Positions 24,275-31,782 of a stretch of 34,084 nucleotides of DNA are shown here, one piece after another (position 1 is the stretch's first letter; each line of letters starts with the position of its first letter). The notes beneath the pieces are model-generated. The model was not told where the DNA came from, ran no database searches, and worked only from the letters and a program-made list of their open reading frames with translations. Source of the stretch: a virus (lineage: Duplodnaviria; Caudoviricetes); IMG/VR virus record IMGVR_UViG_3300020202_000172, positions 1 to 34,084 of that record; one strand, given 5' to 3'. The position numbers and the translations under genes were made by a program.

Positions 24275-25003
24275 CTAGTGGCCGTATCGGATACCGTGCT
24301 GAAACCCGCAGGAGGACCGCACGAGCCACGTCGTGCTCGCGTGCGCCACGCTGGCGACGACTCGGTAGAGGCGGCAACCCGAGTCGAACTCGTGGTTGAT
24401 CGCCGTCTCGCCCATGCCGATCAGCGTCGGCCCGGTGAACGTCCCGCCGCGCAGGATCCGGCTCTCGACCACGTAGCCCTGCGCCGTCTTGCCCTCGCTG
24501 TAGAAGCGAAAGCGCAGGTCCACGTAGCCCGGGTCCGCGTGGTTCACGATCGAGGCCGTCGCGGCCGAGAACACGTCCACGAAGGTGATCGCCGATCCGG
24601 CGTTCGCCGTGTGGTCGAGGATCTTGTTCGTCGAGGTCGCGATGTCGTTCACTTGGAGCTTGAGCGTGATGACGTCCCCGGCCGAGATGTTCGTCCACTT
24701 GCCGAAGAACGAGCCCTCGATGAACCCGCCACGCTCGAACGAGGGATCCCAGACCTCGGCGGCCCCCAGGATCACCCCGGTCGGGTTGTCCGCGGTCGTG
24801 ATCGTGAAGCCGGTTTCGTAGTTCCCGCTGGGCTCCTCGCCCGTGAGCATCCAGAAGCGGTCGAACTGGGGCCGGACGATGTCGGAGGGCCCGTAGGCGC
24901 CGCCGACGTTCTCGATCCCCATCGCCGAGAGGTCTTCCTGCTCCTGGCTGGAGTCGGGGTAGCCGAGACGGGTGAACTTCTTGGGAGCGCCGGTCTTCGT
25001 CAT
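24275..25003 (-). CDS. Hypothetical protein, possibly virion-associated
   Basis: 242-aa beta-rich ORF directly downstream of the portal gene. Confidence 0.65.
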   Translation of the reverse strand: MTKTGAPKKFTRLGYPDSSQEQEDLSAMGIENVGGAYGPSDIVRPQFDRFWMLTGEEPSGNYETGFTITTADNPTGVILGAAEVWDPSFERGGFIEGSFFGKWTNISAGDVITLKLQVNDIATSTNKILDHTANAGSAITFVDVFSAATASIVNHADPGYVDLRFRFYSEGKTAQGYVVESRILRGGTFTGPTLIGMGETAINHEFDSGCRLYRVVASVAHASTTWLVRSSCGFQHGIRYGH

Positions 25004-25006
25004 GGA

Positions 25007-27001
25007 TCAGGCCACCATCTGCGACTTCGCCGCCTTCGCGCCCGCGCTCTGACCCGGGGCCCCTTGCCGCGACGGGCCCGCGCGCTGGGGAAGCTGCGGA
25101 CGCGCCGCCGGGGCGACGTTGCTCTGCATCTGCGGCCGGGCCATCCCGCCTTGCTGGCCTGGCCCTGAGCCCATCCCCGTCGCGAGCTGCGGCTGCGCCG
25201 CCGCGAGGGCGCCCTGGAGGGCGAGCATCTCCTCGTCGAGGTACTTGCCGAGCTCGGGCTCGTCCCAGGCGCGACCGAAGTCGTCCAGGAACAGCTTGGA
25301 TCGGAAGTGCGGCATCGTCGGAGCCGCGCTCGCCACCTGCATCACCATGCCACCGAGCGTCATCGCCTTGCGCTGCGCCTGCGCCTCGGAGACGCGCTCC
25401 ATGCTCTGCGGCTCGATGTCGAGGTCCAGGTCGGAGAACGAGGCGTTGGCGTGCAGCTCTTGGAGCTTCTGGAGGGACGCCGCGATGAGCTGCGGGACGA
25501 GCTCGGGGATCTGCTCCGGGGGCGCGCCGATCGACTCCAGGAACTGGACGACCTGCGGGGCCATCTCCGCGGCCATCGCCTGCTCGTGCATGTTCGGGCT
25601 GCCGCCGTAGAACGTGCCCCCCTCCTCGTCGGAGGCCATCACGACCTTGTCGTCGTGGTAGAGCAGGTAGGCGACCTTGAGGCCGATCTTCTTCACGAAC
25701 TTGGCGAACTGACGCTTGCGCCACGCGGCGCGCGCGGTCGAACCCTTGTCGGCCACGGCCTCGGCGGTCGCGGTGACGTCGCTGTTCGGCTGGCCCGCCG
25801 CCGTGTCGGAGATGCCCGACGTGCGACGCAGGCGCTGGTCGAGGACGTCGCAGGTGACGTGCTGCTCGGGCGACGAGCCGCCGAGCGGGACAGCCACGAT
25901 GCCCGTGCGCACGTCGTCGATCTCCATCGGGACGATCGAGCCGTCCGCGGCCTCCGCGACCGCCTTTTGGAGCTTGTCGCTCTTGTGGCTGACGAAGCCG
26001 AGCGTCTTGCGCCGGCGGTCGGCTTGCAGCCGCGCCTTCTCCTGCGCGTTGACCTCGCGCAGTTGCCCCTCGATCGCGAGGAAGCCCGAGAGCGGCACCG
26101 TCTCGTCGGGGACGTTGAACTCGCCGCCCGTGGCATAGGGGCCGGACTCGTGCCCGTAGAACCATTGGGGCGCGCGCACGAAGGCCATCGGTGCCGTCCC
26201 GCCGGCTTCCTTGCCGCCCTCGGCGATCGTGAAGATGCCGCCGTGGTAGCAGTCCCAGTCTTCTTCCGGGACCTCGCTCCACAGAGGGTCCCCGACGGGC
26301 GGATGCCACTCGGGGATCCAGACGTGGTGCAGGACGATCTCCTTGCGGTCGGGGCTCTTGAGCGAGTCGTCCTTCTTGCGGAGCTTGTCCAAGCCCACGC
26401 CCGTCGCGAGGGCCTCGATCGCCTCGACGTTCCAGCCGGCGTCGGGGTTCTGCTTGGCTTCGAGGAGCAGGTCCTCCTTGTCCCGGATCGTCGTGTGCCC
26501 CTCGAACCGGCACTCCTCCTCGTCGATCGCGAGCGGGTCGCGGAAGTAGCGCCGGAACGAGACGCGCTGGATCGCCGGCTTATGGCGGACGCTCGTCTGC
26601 TTGCCCTGGTCGAAGCCCGGGACCGGACGCTGGACGATGCACGCGACCGGGTAGAAGAAGCACTGGTCGTCGTAGAACTTGCCGAGCAGCTCGTCGAGCG
26701 AAACGTCCTTCGTCCAGCGGTTGAGCCCGCCTTGGATCGCCTCGGCGATGAGGGCGTAGTCCGAGCCGCGCTTGGTTTTCGCCATCCAGCGCGGGTTGTC
26801 GTAGACGCTCTCGGCCTTGGTGAGGCCGATGAACTCGAAGGCGTGGTTGACGGGGTCGTAGTCCCCGGTGCGCTCGTCGCCCCAGTAGAAGGGCGAGGTG
26901 TAGCGCTCGACCATCACCTTGACGTTCTTGGTGCGGCGGTCCTGGAACTGGATCGCGGCCTCGACCTCTTGCCAGAGGGACTTGAGCTCGGTGGAGAGCA
27001 T
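25007..27001 (-). CDS. Portal protein
   Basis: 664 aa between terminase and scaffold. YFRDP.A, SGISD...G...TATAE motifs and Gln/Ala-rich tail typical of podoviral portals. Confidence 0.85.
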   Translation of the reverse strand: MLSTELKSLWQEVEAAIQFQDRRTKNVKVMVERYTSPFYWGDERTGDYDPVNHAFEFIGLTKAESVYDNPRWMAKTKRGSDYALIAEAIQGGLNRWTKDVSLDELLGKFYDDQCFFYPVACIVQRPVPGFDQGKQTSVRHKPAIQRVSFRRYFRDPLAIDEEECRFEGHTTIRDKEDLLLEAKQNPDAGWNVEAIEALATGVGLDKLRKKDDSLKSPDRKEIVLHHVWIPEWHPPVGDPLWSEVPEEDWDCYHGGIFTIAEGGKEAGGTAPMAFVRAPQWFYGHESGPYATGGEFNVPDETVPLSGFLAIEGQLREVNAQEKARLQADRRRKTLGFVSHKSDKLQKAVAEAADGSIVPMEIDDVRTGIVAVPLGGSSPEQHVTCDVLDQRLRRTSGISDTAAGQPNSDVTATAEAVADKGSTARAAWRKRQFAKFVKKIGLKVAYLLYHDDKVVMASDEEGGTFYGGSPNMHEQAMAAEMAPQVVQFLESIGAPPEQIPELVPQLIAASLQKLQELHANASFSDLDLDIEPQSMERVSEAQAQRKAMTLGGMVMQVASAAPTMPHFRSKLFLDDFGRAWDEPELGKYLDEEMLALQGALAAAQPQLATGMGSGPGQQGGMARPQMQSNVAPAARPQLPQRAGPSRQGAPGQSAGAKAAKSQMVA

Positions 27002-27253
27002 CTAGGAGGGCTCCTTCTCGGACCCAGACCATGCGCGCCGGTAGCCTTCGCAGTTCCGGATAGCGCGCTCGCAGCAGGTGTCGGCCGTGCTGAAAAGGTC
27101 TCCGGGCTGGTACTCGGTGCGGCTTCCGCACTCCGGGCAGTCCCAGTAGAAGACGTGCTCGCGCGTCGGGTCGGCACGGTCGATCCACCCGTGGGCGATC
27201 CGAGAGGCGTTGAAACGCTCGGCGACCTCGCGCCAGCCGTCCAGCTCGCTCAC
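27002..27253 (-). CDS. Small Cys-rich hypothetical protein
   Basis: GTG at 27253 (GTGA overlap). WDCPECG...TCC..C. Confidence 0.6.
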   Translation of the reverse strand: MSELDGWREVAERFNASRIAHGWIDRADPTREHVFYWDCPECGSRTEYQPGDLFSTADTCCERAIRNCEGYRRAWSGSEKEPS

Positions 27254-27510
27254 GCGATCTCCTGAAGGGGTGCGAATGGGAGCCGGCGCTCGTCGAACGT
27301 CCACATGGACGTCGCGCCTTCGGGTAGCGTCACGAGCGCCCCGAACGGCTTGGCACAGTCGTGCGCCTCGCACTTCCAGTCCGCGTACCGGAAGACGGCC
27401 GAGAACGGGGGCGTCTCCGCGAACGCTTTCGCGCCGGCTGCGTCGCGCGCCGGGACGCCGAGCACGTTCTGCTGCACGGAGAAGCAGTAGGGGCACTGAA
27501 GCTGGATCAC
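27250..27510 (-). CDS. Small Zn-ribbon-like hypothetical protein
   Basis: GTG at 27510 after GGAG, GTGA overlap. QCPYC...KCEAHDC.KPF. Confidence 0.6.
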   Translation of the reverse strand: MIQLQCPYCFSVQQNVLGVPARDAAGAKAFAETPPFSAVFRYADWKCEAHDCAKPFGALVTLPEGATSMWTFDERRLPFAPLQEIA

Positions 27511-27854
27511 CCAATCTCCTTGAGCGGCAGCCCGCACGCTTGGGCGAAGCGCTTGGCGACCTTGCGGGCGTCCGCCTTGCGCGTGTAGCTCTCGCTCGTG
27601 ATCGCCTTCTGGCCGTTGCCGTAGCGCACGCGCCAGAAGTGGCCCTTGCGCCCCGAGAAGACCTCGACGCGGTAGGGAATCGGCTTCAGCGGCCGGCCTT
27701 CTAGGCGCTGGATCTTCCCATCGAACCCGAGCAGCATCAGATGATCCTCGGGGAGTCGCGTGCTGCACAGGATCGGCGCCGGGAAGCCCCCGACGTCCGG
27801 GAGCGGGAAGCCGATCTCGCTCGTGACGTAGCTGATCTCTTTGCGCTTGGTCAT
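27507..27854 (-). CDS. Protein with C-terminal DUF1508/YegP-like domain
   Basis: ATG at 27854. VEVFSGRKGHFWRVRYGNGQKAITSESYTRKADA resembles DUF1508. Confidence 0.65.
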   Translation of the reverse strand: MTKRKEISYVTSEIGFPLPDVGGFPAPILCSTRLPEDHLMLLGFDGKIQRLEGRPLKPIPYRVEVFSGRKGHFWRVRYGNGQKAITSESYTRKADARKVAKRFAQACGLPLKEIG

Positions 27855-28060
27855 CGCTTGGCCTTCCTCGTCACGATCCGCGCACACCGGGGGCAGTCGT
27901 CGCCCGCGCGCACCACGTCCGTCTCGATCCGCTTCGAGTTCGAGTCGGGGATCGTGGCCTGCCCGCAGAGCGCGTGCGTCCCCACGAAGTAGTGCGCGTA
28001 CTTGAAGTCGCGCGGCCACTTCCAGCCCTTGCGGACCGCCGTGCGCGAGCGGACGGCCAC
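27851..28060 (-). CDS. Small hypothetical protein (H..CG...CxxC)
   Basis: 69 aa, GWKWP..AHYF...ALCG...CPRC, ATGA overlap with the next gene. Confidence 0.6.
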   Translation of the reverse strand: MAVRSRTAVRKGWKWPRDFKYAHYFVGTHALCGQATIPDSNSKRIETDVVRAGDDCPRCARIVTRKAKR

Positions 28061-28064
28061 GGAC

Positions 28065-28133
28065 TCAATACCCGCTGCCCTTGGTCCCGCGCGGCTTCGT
28101 CGGCTTCGAGCCCTTGCCTTTGCACTTCTTCAT
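28065..28133 (-). CDS. 22-aa Lys/Gly-rich micropeptide
   Basis: ATG at 28133 after GAGG. MKKCKGKGSKPTKPRGTKGSGY*. Exactly fills the gap after terL. Confidence 0.55.
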   Translation of the reverse strand: MKKCKGKGSKPTKPRGTKGSGY

Positions 28134-28141
28134 GGTTCGCC

Positions 28142-29647
28142 TCAGTCGGAGAGATCGTGCCCGTACAGCGCGCCCCGGGAGTTCGGGGGGAACCGCTTGG
28201 GCGGGGGAGGGTCGGAGAGGTCGCGGTTGTGAGCGAACATCACCGCGTAGCGCAGCGCGTCGCAGCCGTGGTCGGGCACGGAGTCGTCCGTGAGGTCGAT
28301 CTCCCGCTCGCCCGACTTCGCCGCGAGCTGGCCGTATGAGCGCTTCTTGAAGACGTAGCCCTCGACCTCCTGCTCGGTGCGGTCGGGCAGGCCGAGGTCC
28401 GAGAGGCCGCGGATGCCCTCGCTGGGGCGGCCTAAATCGACGTGCTCGTTCGCGTCGCGCACCAGGAAGAGACGTCGCTCGGCGAGGTACTGCCGCACGA
28501 GGTCCAGGCCCCCGATGTCCCCGACGCCCGAGCTCGCGCGCTTGTTGTTCGCCGGCTGGGCGATGCGCGCCATCGGCTCGTGGTTGCCCGCAGGCGTCCC
28601 CAGGTGCTCGTTGAAGATCGAGATCGCGTCCGCGTCCTCGGGGTCACAGATCACCCGGCGCAGGTCGTAGCGCTTGTGGTACTCGCCCACGCGCGCCGCC
28701 CACCAGTTGACGTTCTCGCCCCGGCGGTAGACCTCGTGCAGGCGGTAGAGGTGACCGGTCCCCTTCGCGACGCCCCAAATCTGGAGCACGCCCGGAGCCG
28801 TGAAGCCCCAGTCCTGCGAGGCGAAGTGCCAGCCGATCTCCGGGACCTCGGAGCGGGTCACGAGGTGGACGGCCGGGTCGTAGCTCGACCACACCAAGCC
28901 CTCGGCCTGGTGCCACTTGCCCTTGTAGAGACGCTCGCGGCGGGGGCCGGTGAGCTTCGAGAGGGACTCGATGTACGCCGCGCCCTCCGGGGTCCAGCGC
29001 TCCCGCGCCGCGTCGTAGAGCGCCGGGTTGTCCCAGTGCCTCGACTCCAGGCGGGGGTAGGGCCCGTTCGGGGCGTAGCGCTTGTTGACCCAGTGCCAGG
29101 GGACGTGCGGGTTGGTGTCCGCGACGAGGAGCTGGAAGGGGATCGCGCCGGGCGTGCCACGACGCTCGCCGTTCCAGTTGCGCAGCGCTCGACGGGCCTT
29201 CTCGTGCTCGTCCAGGCTGATCTCGATCAGCTCTTGGACGTACCAGACGTCGTAGTCGGTGCTGTAGAGCCGGGTGTCGGTGTCCAGCCCTGCCAGGATC
29301 AGCTCGGAGCCGTTGCCGAAGTCGTAGCTGTGGCGGTTGAGCCGGCGGGGCCCGTTCAGCATCGCGTGGCCGGCGGGGACCACGTCCTGCTCCCAGGTCT
29401 TGCAGAAGCTCTCCGTGAGCGACGCGCGCGTCTTGCGCACGACGATGATGCGGATGCCCGGGTACTGGTAGCCGAGCCAGAAGAGGACGTGCGCGACGCC
29501 TCGGGACTTGCCGGTCCCGCCTGGGCCGTCGAGCAGGTACTCGAGGATCTTGGGCGGCCCCTCGTAGCCGGCGAGGGCCTCCATGAGCTGGAGCGGGGCG
29601 CCGCGCAGCTCGACCCGCAGGCGCGGGCGCTCGGGGGCGGAGATCAC
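28142..29647 (-). CDS. terL: Terminase large subunit
   Basis: Walker A GPGGTGKS, VVRKTRASL, Walker B-like VWYVQE, DTNP, nuclease QDWGF and DHGCDALRY. GTG start at 29647 inferred from overlap. Confidence 0.93.
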   Translation of the reverse strand: MISAPERPRLRVELRGAPLQLMEALAGYEGPPKILEYLLDGPGGTGKSRGVAHVLFWLGYQYPGIRIIVVRKTRASLTESFCKTWEQDVVPAGHAMLNGPRRLNRHSYDFGNGSELILAGLDTDTRLYSTDYDVWYVQELIEISLDEHEKARRALRNWNGERRGTPGAIPFQLLVADTNPHVPWHWVNKRYAPNGPYPRLESRHWDNPALYDAARERWTPEGAAYIESLSKLTGPRRERLYKGKWHQAEGLVWSSYDPAVHLVTRSEVPEIGWHFASQDWGFTAPGVLQIWGVAKGTGHLYRLHEVYRRGENVNWWAARVGEYHKRYDLRRVICDPEDADAISIFNEHLGTPAGNHEPMARIAQPANNKRASSGVGDIGGLDLVRQYLAERRLFLVRDANEHVDLGRPSEGIRGLSDLGLPDRTEQEVEGYVFKKRSYGQLAAKSGEREIDLTDDSVPDHGCDALRYAVMFAHNRDLSDPPPPKRFPPNSRGALYGHDLSD

Positions 29648-29880
29648 GCGGACTCCCCGACGGGGAAGACGATCCCGGCGAGCGAGCGAGAGCGACGGAC
29701 CAGCTCGTTGTACGTGTCGCTGAACTGCACCGGGCCGGTGGCCGCGAGGAAGTCCAGGTAGGTGCTGATTGGCCCGGCGGGGGCCTGGGTCGGCTCGCAG
29801 AGATAGGCCGCCCCGCAGTTGGGGCACTTGTCCCGGCCCGCCGTGCTGACCGCCCCGCAGTAGTCGCAGCGGCGGCTCAC
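29644..29880 (-). CDS. Small Zn-ribbon protein
   Basis: CDYCG...KCPNCGA. GTGA overlaps at both ends. Confidence 0.65.
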   Translation of the reverse strand: MSRRCDYCGAVSTAGRDKCPNCGAAYLCEPTQAPAGPISTYLDFLAATGPVQFSDTYNELVRRSRSLAGIVFPVGESA

Positions 29881-30248
29881 CCCGCGTCCTCCGGCATCGG
29901 CGGGGGCTTGGTGACCTTGACCCCGTGGATCTCGACCGTGCAGCCCTCCTGCACGCCGTGGTTCACGTCCTTGGGCACCGGGCCGTCCGTGCGGTCCAGG
30001 ATCTTCAACAGGCCCGTGAGCTCCTTGCCGTTGCCTTGGCGCAGGAGAGCCAGGATGGTCTCGGCGGCGGCATTGGCCTCGGCGCCCTCGCCGTGCTCGT
30101 TGGGATTGGCGGCGAGCTTGCGCAGCAGCGGGGCGAGGACCGAGGCGCCGCGCGGGCGACCGCCGGGGTTGCCCGACTGACCCGGCTTGAAGCGCGTCTC
30201 GACAGGCGGGAGCGGGCGTCCGCTGGCCTGTTCTTGAGGCTCGGTCAC
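29877..30248 (-). CDS. Putative terminase small subunit (DUF5681-like)
   Basis: RFKPGQSGNPGGRPRG N-terminal motif and ILDRTDGPV, upstream of terL. Confidence 0.75.
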   Translation of the reverse strand: MTEPQEQASGRPLPPVETRFKPGQSGNPGGRPRGASVLAPLLRKLAANPNEHGEGAEANAAAETILALLRQGNGKELTGLLKILDRTDGPVPKDVNHGVQEGCTVEIHGVKVTKPPPMPEDAG

Positions 30249-30499
30249 CTCGGGTAACTCTCCGCCTCGGCGTCCAGGTTCCGGGTCCAGGACGGGCCCG
30301 AGGCGTCCTCCTGGTAGAGCCGGCCCGAGAGGCTCCCTCCCTCGCCTGCGGCTCGCTTGAGCCGGTGCAGCTCCTTCAGGAGCGCGCGCGAGAGATCGAC
30401 CGGGAGGGGTTGGTCCTGGGAGATGAGCCGCTCGGCGGCAGCGATCTCCGACACGGTCGCGAGCGGGCGCTCGACGGCCGAGGGGGTGGCGTCGGTCAC
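30245..30499 (-). CDS. Hypothetical protein, first gene of packaging operon
   Basis: 84 aa, GTG start just downstream of a sigma70-like promoter, GTGA overlap with the small terminase gene. Confidence 0.6.
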   Translation of the reverse strand: MTDATPSAVERPLATVSEIAAAERLISQDQPLPVDLSRALLKELHRLKRAAGEGGSLSGRLYQEDASGPSWTRNLDAEAESYPR

Positions 30500-30506
30500 G
30501 CTGTAG

Positions 30507-30535
30507 AAGCTAGGAAGTTAGGGTCCCGTTGTCAA
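30507..30535 (-). promoter_or_regulatory. Sigma70-like promoter for the terminase/portal operon
   Basis: TTGACA-N17-TAGCTT, 7 nt before the GTG at 30499. Near copy of the 22808-22836 promoter. Confidence 0.75.
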
Positions 30536-30655
30536 CCCGTTAGCGCCCCATATGTGGTAGGATGAGCGCGCCGGGCCCCAAGCCCTCGTGGGTCGTAGCC
30601 GAGCACGAGCGAGCGGCCAGGAGGCGCCGGCAGAACCCCCGAAAGGCTCTCCCTC

Positions 30656-31603
30656 ATGGCTCTCGCAGCCTTCCTGATCCGCGACCACAACGCCTCTGCG
30701 TCCGCGCACGGGGCCCTCACCAGCCCCGTCCTAACCACGCCGGTGCTGTCGGGCACCGTCACCGGCACCTACACCCTGGGCGGGACCGTCACCGTCGCCT
30801 CCCCGACGATCACTGGCTCGATCGTCCTGGAGGGCACCACGGACGACGCGAGCGAGCTGACGATCTCGTGCGAGCCGACCGCGGACCGCACGCTGACCCT
30901 GCCGGACGCCACGGACACCCTGGTCGGCAAGGCGACGACCGACACGCTGACGAACAAGACGCTGACCTCGCCCCGGATCGGCACGGCGATCCTCGACACC
31001 AACGGCCTGGAGCTCGCGAAGCTCACGGCGACGGCGTCGGCGGTCAACGAGGTCACGCTCGCGAACGCGGCAGCGGGCAACGGGCCGACGCTCTCGGCCA
31101 CGGGCGACGACACCAACATCGACCTCAACATCGCCCCCAAGGGCACGGGGACGGTCCAGATCGCCAGCGACGGCGTTACGCGGTTCGTGCAAGTCGCGCT
31201 GACCGCCGCCGAGGTGAAGGCGCTGCGGGCGACGCCCAAGACGCTCGTGGCCGCCCCGGGCGCCGGCAAGGTGCTGGAGTTCCAGGGCGCCGTGCTCCTC
31301 CTCGACTACGGCACCACGCAATTCGCCGAGGACGGCGGGGGCTCGAACCTCGGCATCCGCTACACCGACGGCTCCGGCGTCAAGGTGTCCGAGGACATCG
31401 AGATGACCGGCTACATCACCCAGAACGCGGACTACGTGACGTTCGCGGTGCCGGACGGCGGGGCGGCGACGGCGATCGTGGCGAAGACCGGCTGCGAGAA
31501 CCAGGCGCTCGTCCTGCACAACGTCGGCGCGGGCGAGATCGTCACCGGCGACAGCCTCCTGCGTGTCAAGGTCGCCTACCGCGTCTGGTCGACCGGCTTC
31601 TAG
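30656..31603 (+). CDS. Putative virion fibre/decoration protein
   Basis: 315 aa, Thr-rich. DRTLTLPDATDTLVG..TDTLTNKTLTSP and ATGDDTNIDLNIAPKGTG are recurrent phage fibre motifs. Confidence 0.7.
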   Translation: MALAAFLIRDHNASASAHGALTSPVLTTPVLSGTVTGTYTLGGTVTVASPTITGSIVLEGTTDDASELTISCEPTADRTLTLPDATDTLVGKATTDTLTNKTLTSPRIGTAILDTNGLELAKLTATASAVNEVTLANAAAGNGPTLSATGDDTNIDLNIAPKGTGTVQIASDGVTRFVQVALTAAEVKALRATPKTLVAAPGAGKVLEFQGAVLLLDYGTTQFAEDGGGSNLGIRYTDGSGVKVSEDIEMTGYITQNADYVTFAVPDGGAATAIVAKTGCENQALVLHNVGAGEIVTGDSLLRVKVAYRVWSTGF

Positions 31604-31622
31604 TCCCTAGCGGGCGCTGCGG

Positions 31623-31653
31623 GCGGGGCTCCGAGAGGGGCCCCGCTTCGTTT
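31623..31653 (+). terminator. Rho-independent terminator
   Basis: GCGGGGCTCC-GAGA-GGGGCCCCGC 10-bp stem followed by TTCGTTT, 20 nt after the 31603 stop. Confidence 0.7.
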
Positions 31654-31782
31654 CCAGGGTGAGAGAAGCGCGCGGTGTTTCATGGCCTAGCTATCTCGAA
31701 AAGGCGTCCCGGGCTCTCCCCGGGCACCATGCCGCGCGCGACGGACTAAGCGTTCAGGAGTAACGCCACGTCCGATTCGGGT

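Noticed and set aside
29225-29255. Terminase Walker B reads VWYVQE instead of hhhhDE/EE
   Set aside because: The catalytic Glu and all other motifs are intact, so this is probably natural variation rather than inactivation.
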